A DNA stretch of 63,814 nt, filler included, from Rhabdomonas costata (GCA_019059605.1; 57 parts of 57 records of this genome joined end to end with filler, not necessarily neighbours in it); one strand, 5' to 3'. Shown: positions 13,289-27,067, counted from the first letter of the whole stretch. Notes: generated from the sequence alone by a model not told the origin. Translations and numbers: made by a program.

Positions 13289-13610
13289 CTGTTTGAACGG
13301 GCAGCGGGGGAAATCAAATTCAAGAATAATGACATGGGCGCGGGGGAAGGAAAACCAACCCANNNNNNNNNNNNNNNNNNNNNNNNNNNNNNNNNNNNNN
13401 NNNNNNTTAATTAATTAANNNNNNNNNNNNNNNNNNNNNNNNNNNNNNNNNNNNNNNNNNNNTTTGTTTGGTGAGCTTCAGGATTTTCTGATCTTCTGTG
13501 GGTTGCTGTTGTGCTATTGTCAAGGTTCCTTGAGTTTGGTCAACGCTCACCAGATAATTTTTCTCTCTCATGCACACTTATCACACCACCTGTCTGCTGT
13601 TCTTCGGTAG

Positions 13611-14475
13611 GAAAAGAAGGTGGACATCATCGTCTGCGGAACGCGGGGGCTGTATCGCGGAGCCAAGGCAGAGCGGTACTCGGTCAGCACTCAGGTTCCT
13701 TAAGGAAAGCCCCCCGTTTCGCCACTTGAAGTTGTGAAGTTGAGATCGTGCCAATTGTGCTTCGCTTCTATTGGAACTTAATTTCGCACAAGGGCGGAAG
13801 TGTTCGGGTGTTTGAATTTGCGGTTGCCCTTTTTGGCGGATCGTTTTCTCTACACACTTGTTTTGTGGTGCTTCCCTCCCCCGAGGGTTACACGCGGACG
13901 TGATGGGTGGCGAGCGAACGCTCGACCCTATGGGATAGGATGGGATTGAATGGGCTTCCTATTAAAACCTTGGGATAGGGTGCGTAGGATGGTAGGGTGG
14001 GGGTGGCTTCCACAGCTTCTGCACGCGGTTCGGGACCAAGCCGTGCTTGTGGTGCGGCAGCCCGCGATCATGGACCCGGCGCAGCGGCACACCTTCATGG
14101 TGTGCGCCGACGGCTCACCGTTCTCCCTGAAGGCCACCCTGGTGCTGCTACGGATGCTGCGCCCGCAGGACGCCGTGGTGGTGTACACCTCCCTAAGGGT
14201 GCGGCCCTCCTCCAGCAGCGGCGGCAGTGGAGGTGGGTACCAGCCTCCACGGAGGGTGTGCGTCAGCGGGGCGGTTGCTGCTGCGGAGGAGGATGACCCT
14301 GGCTCCGAAGGGAGGGCCTACTCCAAGTGCCTCTCTCTGACTTCGCCCCTTTCTCCTGCCGCGGTGTGTGTATGTGTGTGTGTGTGTGTGTGCGTGTGAC
14401 CAGCGTGAAATCCGTGCGGGGCCACGCACGCGCCACCTGCGAGGTGGTAGAACTGGACCATAAGATAAAAACGTC
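13611..14475 (+). CDS. Tandem universal stress protein (USP)-domain protein, exons about 13611-13694, 14016-14326 and from 14404
   Basis: VDIIVCGTRG...SVS...AVLVV (end of one USP domain) followed by FMVCADGSPFSLKA...PQDAVVV (start of the next). Confidence 0.75.
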
Positions 14476-15957
14476 CCCCAACAANNNNNNNNNNNNNNNN
14501 NNNNNNNNNNNNNNNNNNNNNNNNNNNNTTAATTAATTAANNNNNNNNNNNNNNNNNNNNNNNNNNNNNNNNNNNNNNNNNNNNGGTGTGTGGTTGTCTG
14601 GGTGTTGTGTTTCGGTTGGGGTGGAATGGTGTCGGTTTGTGTGTGTGTGTGTGTGTGTGTGCGCGCCAAAATTAAGTGACGCATGGCACGTGTGCATTTT
14701 GTGCGGTTGTTTATTTTTCGCCCCCGGCATATTTCTATTTGCCTTATATTTGATTTTGGTCCCTTTTTCATCCCTTTCATTCACATTCGGTGTGAAACCG
14801 CCACGTCGGGCGCGCGTTTCGCACCACCGGGTAAAAGCACCGGGATAGTGACTTGCACGGCGGCGGCCGGTGGCAGCCATTCTTCCCGAAGAAAAATCGA
14901 CGACGACGGTCGCGTGCCCGAAAGTTGCGCGAAAAAAGGGAAAGCATAGATGGACCACGCGAGCTTCTCCTAAAGTTGCGTTTCTCCCAAAGACAACTAT
15001 TCTGTAGTAGTAGTAGTAGTTCGGCCTTTGTGTGCGGAATTTGCGCTTTTGTGTTATTCTTGGGCCCGTGCTTGAATTCTCCTCCGCGTTTTGTGGGTTG
15101 GATGTTTTCAGGTTTGCGGGTTGCCAAACTTTTGACCTCTTGCGAAAAACTTTTGGGGAGGGGGCGCCGCAAACCACTAGAGGAAGTTCGGGAGATAAGG
15201 GTCCCCGCCAATTTTCTGAAGGCCACATTTTTCTTGGTCCACCAACAAGAGGTGATAAAATGCAAGGAATTAGAAGACTATGACCAATTACCAGAGACAA
15301 GTCCAAGCCTATTCGGCTAATTTTCCAAAGGCATTGTAAGTCGTACATAACACAATATACACCCCTCATATCGCCTGATGAAAATACCTTGAAAACATGG
15401 CATAACGTGCCAAATATGGACGGATGTGCACCTCAGGTTGGACGAACAGGTTCGTTTAAATCCGTACGTCAACAGGCTCAACGCCATTCAAAGTGTCCCA
15501 GGGACGTAACAGACTCTGAGCAGCTCTGTTCTTCTTATTGTCGAAAAATGGTCACGCGTTAACACGCATACTCACTCTGCTGTTTATCAGTGAACTCCAC
15601 AAACAANNNNNNNNNNNNNNNNNNNNNNNNNNNNNNNNNNNNNNNNNNNNTTAATTAATTAANNNNNNNNNNNNNNNNNNNNNNNNNNNNNNNNNNNNNN
15701 NNNNNNAAGCAGGTGGTCATGACCCAGAAAGTTTGTGGGCAATGCCGCTGGAAATTCCCGTCCGTCCTGCGGGACCTAAAGCGAGTTCTGTTGTGGGTAT
15801 CGGTATGGTGGCATATATGGTGGTGTTTGGATCTTGAAGAGGTGAGAAGACTTCTGAACCATTACCCCGGTGCTTGGTGAACCGTCGCAGGTTGACATCC
15901 CGTTGTGCGGGCATGTCCTTGCAGTGTCAAAACGGTTTCTTTCGTTGGCGTTTGCAG

Positions 15958-16040
15958 AAGGCGGCGTTCTGCAAGACGTGCGACGAGTACAAGCCCCATC
16001 GAGCGCACCACTGCTCGACCTGCCAGCGCTGTGTTCTGCG
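15958..16040 (+). CDS. DHHC palmitoyltransferase cysteine-rich domain exon
   Basis: FCKTCDEYKPHRAHHCSTCQRCVLR is the canonical stretch just before MDHHC; GT-AG bounded. Confidence 0.9.
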
Positions 16041-17076
16041 GTGCGTATGTGCGTGCCCCGGTTCGATCGTGCGATCCTTTATGGCACTACCTCGAGACAC
16101 TTTTGCACCACACGAGCGCTGAAGACAGTGGATCATCAGAAATGCGAGATATTAGCTCCACTTCAGCCTGCGCGCTTTGTGCAAAACAAACCGACACACG
16201 CACACACCAATGACAGCCTTTTTGCGTTCACATTAATCTTAAGCAACAAAATCCCCACCCTTAACAGGAAAATTGAAAAAGGAAAATCACTCTTCACAGG
16301 AAATGCTAAGTACACAAGTCCGGTTTTAGTTGAGGAATACAGCACACACAAAAAGACATGAAGCTGAACATGGTGTCAGGTCGGTCCCTATGCACTCGCG
16401 GTTCGGAAACAAACACACAATTCACATGGCACTCAAAAAATGAGAGAGCGGTCTTTGTTCAGATCCTCCTTAAGCGGCCGCCACTCACAGCTGCCCAGCT
16501 TTTTGGCACCTTTGAATGGAAAGTTATGGGGGTGAATGATGAACAGGTTGTGAGCAGCTACAACAGAATACCGGTTATGGATAACGATGGGACCTCTCGC
16601 AGTTTCCAGTATGTGCCTCACTGAAAGGCCTTTTCCTTTGTGAATTTCTGGAGTTCTTGTGTGTTCTCTGGCGCTTTGCTTGCAACGCCGGCATGGCCGC
16701 CTTGCAGATCGTTTTTTGCATATCGTCTNNNNNNNNNNNNNNNNNNNNNNNNNNNNNNNNNNNNNNNNNNNNTTAATTAATTAANNNNNNNNNNNNNNNN
16801 NNNNNNNNNNNNNNNNNNNNNNNNNNNNGGGTTTTTTTTCGAGGGGGGGGGGCGATTTAGTGCATGTTACATTCGGTCGCAGAGCCCAAATTTTGTCCTC
16901 CTTGGGGAAGCAGTGCGGAGCGGTGGATCCTACGGTTGACTTTGGCGAGGTACTTGTTTGGAATAATGTCACAAACCCTCCCTTCATCCTTTTTCTTTTG
17001 TCTCGTCCCCCCCCACACACACACGCATGCGGGAATAAATTGCATCGGCCATTGTGTATCTCTGAGCCTTGCTGCA

Positions 17077-17231
17077 TCACCGAAGTCTGCTGTGCTCATT
17101 GACCCGAACCTGGCCCTGCGGATTCACGGCGTCGGGGAACTTCACGAACTGACTGTTCGGAGTGATCCCAACCATCCGCAGCAGCAGGTCGGCCTTCAGC
17201 TCATGACCCAAGTCCGTACGCACGGTCAAGC
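17077..17231 (-). CDS. FAD-dependent pyridine nucleotide-disulfide oxidoreductase (AIFM2/FSP1-like) exon, apparent 1-nt frameshift near 3' end
   Basis: LTVRTDLGHELKADLLLRMVGITPNSQFVKFPDAVNPQGQVRVNEH fits TxxGxxIxADxxxxxxGxxPN...GxIxVN. Confidence 0.7.
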
Positions 17232-19079
17232 CTAAGGCAGAAGTGACTGGAGTTGGGCGTGTCGGGAACAGAGCGGTTGGAGGTGAATGTTAATCCCTGC
17301 GCATCCAGATATTGAATGCGGAGAACACGGATACTACCGGGAACACGAAGCCGGATGGGTTCTCTTCATGGAGGGGAAGGTGCACAATTTTTGCAAACGG
17401 TTTTGACCTCACCTCATACGGTTAAGGCTGCACCCGAAAATGCCTCCAGAGGCACTATTTTTTTTTTGCAAATTCAAAATGAGCGGTGAGAAAACGCATG
17501 CGTTTAGCCCTGAAAGTAGGATGAACATATGCCAATGGAGGGGCAAGTGGGGTGCACACTGCCAGTGTTGTCATCCTCGGGAAACTGCACTTTCTCCCCG
17601 AACCGGACTTCCACCCCGCGCTTCTGAAACCATCGCAGAGCTGCGAAACAGCCCGAAGAATAGGCGTTTGCAGACAATCACGCACACGCAGAGCGAACGC
17701 TGACACCCAAAACCCAAGCTGAGGAAGGACAGTCAAATCCCCCACACACACATACACAGCATACACCATAAAACCACCTTAGAATTCCTGAACTTTGACA
17801 AATACGAAATCGGTTGCCTTAGGTAAAACGAGGGAAAACACAAACACACANNNNNNNNNNNNNNNNNNNNNNNNNNNNNNNNNNNNNNNNNNNNTTAATT
17901 AATTAANNNNNNNNNNNNNNNNNNNNNNNNNNNNNNNNNNNNNNNNNNNNGTGTTGGTGTGTTTGGGGGGGCACTCAATGGAATTTCAAGGGCGTGTGTG
18001 TGTATACCGCCGTTGTGCATTGGTCACAGTTGTGTTTACAAATCGCCATGATTGCTCGTGGGCAACAGGCTTATCGTGTTCAATCATTATTAATCACCCT
18101 ACTTCGCGCAAACGCATGCGTGCATACATATAGCATTGTCCTTCCCCTTCGCTCCAAAAGGTGGGAAAAAAAATGAAGAAAAAAACTTGAGAAACATTTG
18201 ATCTCCGATGAACGCCCGCGCACATTGTCCTCCACACATGCTCACGCAGATAAAGGCAGTCGCGCGGCAAAGGCCCGGGCCCTGTGGGGCAGATGGGAAT
18301 GAGATTACCGCATATGTGAAACGCACGGGGAGGTGAGCCGGTACCCCACGACACCGTTCACTCCGAAGGTGCCTCTACTGAGCACCTGTGTCCCATAGCG
18401 AGTGCGCCCGTCCGTCTACAGCGGTCACCACCATAGCGCGCTATCCACACGCGTCTGGGAAATTCTGTCACTTGCTTTTTGGCCCTTACATTCGCGTCCT
18501 TTTTGATTCCCATGGAGTTAGTCTGCATCTTTGTGGGACCTGCTTATGTGCTTGGGGTGAAGTGGGATAAGAAGAGAGGAGAGATGAGGGTTCCTTCACA
18601 CTTTCGGAAAGGCGCCATGCAAACTGGTGGTGGGTGTTATGCTGCGTGCGGTGGTTGCCCTGCAGGCAGAACTCTCAGTATATTTTTGTTGTTCTAACTT
18701 CACCTTTAACCATTTTGCTTTGGAATTTTTCCAATGGAGCTGCGTGTTGTTCACGACCCTTACTCTGATGCGGGTAAGTGCTGGCGCCCCCCCCCACCCC
18801 CCTTGGGACATGGACAAAGGATGGTAGTTAGCATTGGACCCAGTCGAAGAGTTATTGGGATAACGAACGAATCTTTTCCGGTTTTTTCGGGAGCGTGCCA
18901 AAATAACAGCCCCATCCCCAGCAGCGCAGAAGGTGGGGATGGGGCTGTTATTTTGGCACACTCCCCAAAAAANNNNNNNNNNNNNNNNNNNNNNNNNNNN
19001 NNNNNNNNNNNNNNNNTTAATTAATTAANNNNNNNNNNNNNNNNNNNNNNNNNNNNNNNNNNNNNNNNNNNNTGTGTGG

Positions 19080-20010
19080 GGTCACAGGGGTGACGTCTTT
19101 CGGGACGTTGGGCGGCGGCCCCGTGGAGTTGGCGATTTTGTAGATGGCTGTGCCACACATGCATTCAAATGTTCGTCCCTTCATGTGCAATGAAAGACAA
19201 TTGATGCAAGTGACCCGGATGTTCTGCAAGATACTACGACGCACCAATACTGTCACGGACCTTGAAGGTCTTTCCCTGCCTTTTCTTGAGTGTTTGATTG
19301 ATCGGCTTGTTGCTTGCTGAGTTACAGGAGAAAGATCGAGAGAGAATTGCTCTGGAGGAGGGCACATATCAGAAGAGATTATCAAGGGGGAGGGGCTACT
19401 TTCACAAAACAGCCTGATGAACCCCATTTCAACCCATGTTCCGGAGTGTGGCTCAAAATCCGAAATCAGAAGAGGGGAAACAATAAGGAAAGACAAAACG
19501 AGGGTTTCCAGAAAATGAAGAGACAGCGAAAGCCGAAATGCGCAAAACGTCTGCCACACCTGACCACATGGACTCGAACTCAGGCCACGGTGGCTTCCCA
19601 GAGAGCATCTCGCACACCGTGCACCCCACACTCTGCGATGCACAAATCACATAGCATTTACGATCTCGTTACCAAGCGATTTTTTCAACTTGCTGTGCCC
19701 AACCAATCATCGAGCTCTCCCAGCTCAGCGCACCGTCCATTTGTGATCTGAGTGAGTCCAAGTTGCAGGAACGAAAAAGCGAAAAGTGGCGACGAGGTTG
19801 AATGTGCGGAGCGGGGGTGTTTGCACGTTCTTCAACTTACGCAAAACTTCACTCTGTTCTTGCTCTAACACATGCAGAGAGTCACTGCTTTCCAGAAAAG
19901 TACCTGTTAGGACCACGACAAAACAAGGGGAAGGGTGACTGCGTACCCAGATGTCCGCTTTGTAGCCGTATCCCGAGTCATCTGCAATGACCTCTGGGGC
20001 CATCCAATAG
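19080..20010 (-). CDS. STE11/MAP3K-type Ser/Thr kinase, exons 19947-20010, 19560-19632 and from 19147 to the contig edge
   Basis: YWMAPEVIADDSGYGYKADIW / SVGCTVCEMLSGKPPWPEFESMWS / AIYKIANSTGPP splice in frame (subdomains VIII-X). Confidence 0.9.
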
Positions 20011-21090
20011 CTGGGCACAAAAAACGGAGCCCCCAGGAAAGGAATGGAAAGGAAAGGAACATTCATTTCAAAGGCACAGCAAAAACAAAACACCNNNNNN
20101 NNNNNNNNNNNNNNNNNNNNNNNNNNNNNNNNNNNNNNTTAATTAATTAANNNNNNNNNNNNNNNNNNNNNNNNNNNNNNNNNNNNNNNNNNNNTTGTGT
20201 GTGTGGTTCAAGAACTATCTTGTAAAAAACTTCATACTTCGACCGGCCAACGATAGTAGTAAACCAGTCATTGGTACAGATGATCTGTAGTGTTCTTAGG
20301 AAGTTCTGGTTGCTAGTAGTGAGAAAGCTATTGCTATTTATATAATGATACTCAATTGAGCCTTGTTGTATGCTTCTCTTAGCGTGGTTGAATTGTAGCC
20401 TTATCAATATCTAAATACTGCTATGTAACCCAAAAGATCTCTTGGACACGTGGAAAATCTACCTTGTACCCGGTAAAATACCTAACAATAAGTCTGTAAC
20501 AGGCTTCCTAGTAAGGCGTCAATTTCACTTTACTAGTATTAAATCATGTTAAGCAGGCAGCCTTTCTAAGATACGTCTACACGAGAGCGGGACTAGCAGA
20601 ACTCACACGCAACCATTTTCAGTAGCGCGGAGTCCAAACCGACTTGCGTCTTATCTTATACAATAGCCGGAACAGGCCCGAAAAGATTATAGATAACATA
20701 ACACCGGCGAGAAAGAGTTAGTGCCGGCCAAAACCGGCTACACACTACCGTCACGTAAAGCCAGCATACCAAATCAAATAGTTAACCAGTATAACAATCA
20801 GTGCTACACAAGTAGAAAATGGCTCTGCTATTGTTAGGGTTTTTTTTGTAAGTTTCTAAGCCTTAGCCAGTAGAATCCCTACCAGCTAATAGAAGCGAGC
20901 AATACCTGTCTGTGTAGCATGTATGTAGAGCAAGCAGACTTGGCACGCTCCGTTATCAGGAGCCAGTTCTGGCTTTTCGTTTATTAGGATTTGCAACTTC
21001 GGGAAATCTTTAAAAAGAGGCGGACGAAATTTGGCTTGAAGTTCTCAAATTACATAAGCTTTTGATTCGAGAGGTATGTGTCAAATAGGA

Positions 21091-21216
21091 CCTGGGCAAT
21101 TATGACATAGCATCTATACAATGACTTTCTCGGTAGCTAATAGGTATGTTGCTAGCAACATACCTATTAGCTACCGAGAAAGTCATTGTATAGATGCTAT
21201 GTCATAATTGCCCAGG
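21091..21216. repeat. Perfect 126-bp palindrome at contig end (likely fold-back artefact)
   Basis: CCTGGGCAATT...GTTGCT|AGCAAC...AATTGCCCAGG with no loop. Confidence 0.9.
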
Positions 21217-23366
21217 NNNNNNNNNNNNNNNNNNNNNNNNNNNNNNNNNNNNNNNNNNNNTTAATTAATTAANNNNNNNNNNNNNNNNNNNNNNNNNNNN
21301 NNNNNNNNNNNNNNNNATTCTATTGCGGTGGTTGCGGTTCCAGCCTTTCACTTTCCCTCCAGCAAAGGCCTCAAACCAGCAGGCGTGCCGCGGACTGACC
21401 TCCACCACTTGAATACAAGTGTCCACTTGTTCGCCAAAGCCCAGAAAGAATGAGTTCCCAGCAGCAATAATACCAAACGGGAAAGACCCCGGAAAGGCAC
21501 AAGTAGCGTCTTTTTGAATTCTCAGCAAATGATCACTGACTACACTGGTAAGGAAAGCCAGGTCAAAATACCTACGGTTGCGATACAACAGCGTGAACGT
21601 AGCAAGGAAGCTATCAGGACTTAGCCAGTTGCAACACCGAAACATCTGCATCTGCAGACGGAGACCAAAAAACAGCAATCGTTGCTCCGATCAAAAGGTT
21701 CTGTCTTCTATATTTTTGAAGTGCAAAGGGGGTTGGGTATGCGTGACCTGCTGTTGATGTACTCCCACAGGTTGTCGTAGCTCGCCGCAAAAAAGAACCG
21801 GGTCTGCACCGGTGGAGCTGCAAGTGGCGGTAGGGGGTCCCCCTCACCGCTGTTCACGGAGCGAACGGACCGGACCTCGTCTTGCTCCCCTTCAGAGGCT
21901 CCTTCATTGTCCTCGTCGCCGCCATCGCCCACCGAGTAAGCAGCCACCCCAGACGGGGCGGGTAAGAGAGACTCACTACACCTCAGCGCACGGCTAATCA
22001 GTTGAGGAAGGAATGGAAGGGGAGGGGTGGGACGCAGGACCTACGCAAGACTGCAGGATGTTATTCCTTGCATGCATTGCCCTGCGAAACAATGTTCAGT
22101 CAAGAAGATAAAAAACGAGATTAGTTCCAGAACACATTCTCCTCGAGCCGACGGTGTCCCCACACCAGAAAAATGTCACCAAATTTGATCCCATGAGCCC
22201 CTTAGATTATTTTTAAAGCATTAAAACTGCCCAAATCAGTCATCTGGTTGCCCATCTGATGTTTTTTTTTGCACTCCCTGCATCTTACATCTTTTGTGAG
22301 GTGCCCTTCCCCGCCCATCTGCTTAGAAACACCAACCCNNNNNNNNNNNNNNNNNNNNNNNNNNNNNNNNNNNNNNNNNNNNTTAATTAATTAANNNNNN
22401 NNNNNNNNNNNNNNNNNNNNNNNNNNNNNNNNNNNNNNGGTTTGTGGTGAGTGTTCCCTGGTTCTTCGCGCGCTGATGGTTTCTCTACTGTGGTGTTCTG
22501 CACCGTTGACCTGCATCCTTTTTTTAAGAGCCCTTTTCTGGCGACCTTGCGGTGATTTACTGAGATGGGAGCCTCCGCGAATAGCTGTGCTATCGTCTGA
22601 ACCTGAACGTTGTGCTCTATGATAGTGGTCTGCGCTGCACTCGCATGGGGTTGGGTTTTGCTGCTATTGATTTGATTAGCTTTTGGTTTGGGTGACTGCG
22701 ACAGTGTATAAGTTTGTATATGGACAGCTGGACAGCTGTGTTAGGGTACACTGTTTGGGTGGGCAGCGAATGTGTGTTCCCCCTGGCTCTTCCCCCCAAA
22801 CAGGCTTTGAGAACCCGCGGATGGAGGCCATTCTTTGGGAGGCTCGGATGTTGATCTGCTGGAAAATCGCTCTTGGAATGGCCCAAGAGGTACTACTCTC
22901 ACTGATACACGCACACCCACACAGCCCCTTTCACGCGCTGACGCGTCCCTTCGCCTGTGGTAAGCGCAGACGCGGAAACATCCGCCTGATATTGTCTGCG
23001 ATTAATAAGAAAATTAACAGATAAAAACGTGGGGATTCCACCATCGCCGCGAGCTGAAATAAAGTGAGATAACCCCCTGCCTAACAAAGAAAAGGCCATC
23101 CTCAGTGGAACTTGGCAGAATCGCGGACCCCTGAGACCAAAGAGACTGCACGAACGGGGGAGCGCTATCAACGAGCGGTTCGACATACCTCACAGCAATC
23201 AAGGGACTCCATGTGTCAAGACCTCATCCCCTCTTGTCGCCATTGGCAATGGTGGAGTCCTGCTGTGCAACCTCTGGCCAATGGGCAGGAAGCTTACCGC
23301 CGACTGTGCATTTTTTTAAAGTCTATTTTTATGGGCCATCGTGTGTTTTCCTTTCCTTGTGGACAG

Positions 23367-23435
23367 GTGGATCCTGCCGACCTGCTCGCCATCTTTGTCT
23401 ACACGTATGAGTGCAGCATTTACAAAGAGATGAAC
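23367..23435 (+). CDS. Exon fragment resembling the start of an ADP-ribosyltransferase (ART/exoenzyme) catalytic domain
   Basis: DLLAIFVYTYECSIYKEMN fits the AIxxYT...YxxLN helix; truncated by contig end. Confidence 0.45.
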
Positions 23436-23793
23436 AAAAACCAAACTCACTCAACACANNNNNNNNNNNNNNNNNNNNNNNNNNNNNNNNNNNNNNNNNN
23501 NNTTAATTAATTAANNNNNNNNNNNNNNNNNNNNNNNNNNNNNNNNNNNNNNNNNNNNGTGGGGGGGGGAGGGGAAGCGTTAAGTGCGTTGATAGGCGTA
23601 TAATTTTGCACTCCAACGTGCACAATTCACCTCACACAGACGGAGAAGGCAAGGCTACCTCCGAGACGGGTCTTTCTGCTTCCTCTGACATGGAATAGGG
23701 CCTTGCTCAGAAACCTGCAAACAGCATTTCGAAGAAGGGGCAGGGACATAAAAAAGGAGCTCAAATTGAAAGACAACACAGAGAAAGACATAC

Positions 23794-23937
23794 AGGGGAA
23801 GTGGGTTTGGCTTGTTCTTCCGTCACTGGCTCAGGTGCACGACATTCAGAGCAGCTGCTAGCAACACGCTGGCCGCAGAATGCACAGAATTTTGCAGAGA
23901 ATGCGTTCGGGTTCTGACAGTTCGGGCAAACGATCAC
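23794..23937 (-). CDS. Double zinc ribbon exon
   Basis: CPNCQNPNAFSAKFCAFCGQRVASSCSEC; CACAG acceptor and GTATGT donor. Confidence 0.7.
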
Positions 23938-26900
23938 CTGTGGGACTGCGATACTTTTGCCTTTCCGCCAGCGGACGCTCATTTCATTTTACTTTTAAAC
24001 AAAGAAGGGAAAAACACACACTATTGCTGCGCCGAAAAGTTCATCACGTCATAAGCCACAGATAATCAAGATTAAAGCCATTCAAAGGGGTGGGGGGCAG
24101 GGAGTCTGAGAACAAAGGACTCAATCTCACTAGACATCCACTAGAGGCCCGACCGAAACCTGCGCGACTTGGCAGTCCTACCGGACTCTGCTCAGCAGAT
24201 GTAGTAAAAAGCACAACCACCATGGACATGTCCACACCACAACCCAAGGCTTCCAAGCCTATTACCCCCATGCCCAAGATGTGGCGCTGGACATACCACT
24301 GTGTACAAACTCCCTAACCTGGTACACCACACATATACTGGGCTACCACAAGCATATGCGATGCAAAATATACTGAGCAGGTAGTCTGGACAAACCAAGC
24401 ACAATGGTAGGACTTACACAACTTTTAAGCCAACGCGCAGAGGGTACGCAGGCTGGCTTGCTATGAAATGAAAAAGGTTCCACCACCCTTCCCTTGGCTC
24501 CCTCACAAAGGCGTTCACCACTGATCCCACTCTGGGCTGCAAAAGAAAAGGGTTGGGTTTCGCTCATATGAGATTCTCGNNNNNNNNNNNNNNNNNNNNN
24601 NNNNNNNNNNNNNNNNNNNNNNNTTAATTAATTAANNNNNNNNNNNNNNNNNNNNNNNNNNNNNNNNNNNNNNNNNNNNGTTTTTGGGTGGGGTGTCCGA
24701 GCGTACGAAGCTACTTCAGGGCCGGCACCCCCATGTCACCAAGGACATGATTGTTACCGCAGGTCCGCGCATTTGGTTTGGTGACTGGGGCTGTGTGTAC
24801 GTTATTACAGCAGGCTCCACCATAATCTGAATCTTGCAGGGCTGAGAGGTTCACATATCACTTTCCAAAGACTGCTTTGCCTTTGCACCGTGTACCGAAA
24901 ATTCCGAAAGGACCGGATATATACTCCAAAATCGCCGCGCCTACGGTGCGTAAAGCAGATAAAGCAGATACCCTTAATTTGCCTCCCGAGCCAAAACATC
25001 AACTACGCGCTTCGTTCATCTTCACTTACACTACTATTTGAAGACCAGGGCAAAATAAAACAGGGTAAAACAGGATAAAAAAAGACTTCTGTTCGAATAT
25101 TACAGACTAATTTCAATTTCCGGCTGAAGCTAGCCTAGTTGGTCCCCCTCACCCATCCCGTGTTTTTTTTTGCCTTCGAGAGGTTGGAGTTGGCCAATGT
25201 TGACGGGATCCACCAAGGCTTCAACCTAAGGACACGCGCAGTGATATCCTCATCAGACTCGCACTCTCAGCACTGCGATGTGCTTGAGAGCATTGCGCTG
25301 TGTGATTTATGATTGGCGGACCGCGTGGAATTTTTGATTAAGCTGGAAAGGGGCCTCTCTATGAACCGCCCTAATGACTGTGTGAGAGAGAGTTTTTACC
25401 CTTCTGGACCTTTCGAAGTTGTGCTTTGCTTTTACTTCGTCTCTGTGAGTTGACAACCCCGTCTTGTCTTTCGCTGCAACCCCAAAAACGGACGAATGGA
25501 AGAAAGGGCAGGGGATGCCTTTAGCTGATTACACAATGTTCATTTCCCCATATTTAATCTACCCCGAAGTCAGGGGCTCGGTTACAACCCTTTCTGACTT
25601 TGTGCTTCCTCTTCGGCCTCAGCTTCCAGGATGGCATACCTCAGGCCCGAGGAGCAGCCTGAGCAGCAGCCCACCCCAGCCCCCAACACACAACCACAAA
25701 NNNNNNNNNNNNNNNNNNNNNNNNNNNNNNNNNNNNNNNNNNNNTTAATTAATTAANNNNNNNNNNNNNNNNNNNNNNNNNNNNNNNNNNNNNNNNNNNN
25801 GGGGGTGGTGGGCGTGTGCCCTCGGTGGTGTGTCTGTTTCGGAGCACGATTGCTTGGCACGTTTCCGAGTTGAGAGTGACTTCGACAGGTGTAGGTCGCT
25901 GCCTCAACGTTTAACATTGCCCAACGACCGAACCGGTTACTTTTTGGCGATGTTATTCATACTTCAGTGAACATCTGCCCCTAAACCCGTTGTTTTCAGC
26001 GAAAGGCAAATATCGCAGTTTCAGGGCATCGTTTCATACATTGGGTTCACTCGCGCCTTGATCGAAGTGGCTTGCTGTCAACTCCCATTTGCCGCCTTTT
26101 ATGGGATCTTTGTGTGCATTGTATTGCCCGCCATATGTTGGAGTGTGTCTGTGGTGGGCCCTGGGAGGTGACGGCAATGTGCTGGACACCCTTATGGAGA
26201 ACGAGTTCCACCTCGCATGGATGGATGGCTGCCAGATCGCTGAGACAGTGCTCGGCATGCCCCACCACCACCACCACCACCAATTTACGTCTTCCCCATT
26301 TACGCATCCACATCCGCGCGTGCACGAATGCTCGCTTCAAAAACCAACGTCGAGCTGTTGTGAGCATGAGACCTTCGTACCTGCTCTTTGTGTTCGCATC
26401 CCACTCCCCTTACTATAATGGGAACCCCCGAAACCGCTGCTTCACATCGACAGGAACACTGGTGGGCAAGTAAAATTTCCTCGTGTGCTACTTAAACCGT
26501 GGATTCTGCCTGTTTCCTGCTTGCGATGAAGTATGAAACAAGCAGCGTTGGAGCAAAGAGTAGGAGTACGTTTTTTCATCGAACGTATGGCGCATTCATC
26601 ACGTGCTCCCATGCGACGAAAATACCTTTCACGCGCACGCGAAGGAAAAAGAAGTCCTGTTTGAGGGAGCATGGCGCCGGCTCACAGGGTTTCCTATTGA
26701 CACCAACGAGCTTCTTCTGCTGGGTATGCTTGACGGCAGGAGGGACTCCTTGAGCTGCTTTCCCGGCAGAAGAAGCTCGTTGGTGTCAATAGGAAACCCT
26801 GTGAGCCGGCGCCAACCAACCNNNNNNNNNNNNNNNNNNNNNNNNNNNNNNNNNNNNNNNNNNNNTTAATTAATTAANNNNNNNNNNNNNNNNNNNNNNN

Positions 26901-27067
26901 NNNNNNNNNNNNNNNNNNNNNTTTGGGTGTTGTGGGTGCAGGCAAGATAATAGAGGTATGATAGAGGTATAATAGAGGTACAGAGTATGTTGTACGGGGG
27001 GGGCTCCGCCCCCCCGCGCGTGCATCGCCCTCTAACCCCCTGCAAGATCATATATTCTGTCGTTTAG

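Noticed and set aside
18895..18959. 26-bp perfect inverted repeat
   Set aside because: Abuts the contig end and runs into primer-like sequence; fold-back amplification artefact
24763..24795. PRIWFGDWGC kinase DFG-like snippet; also PLIYHLNGNGK at about 41060-41100 on the minus strand
   Set aside because: Too short to assign to a family
26672..26814. 49-bp perfect inverted repeat (pre-miRNA/MITE-like)
   Set aside because: Right arm ends at the contig terminus; same pattern as the other terminal fold-backs
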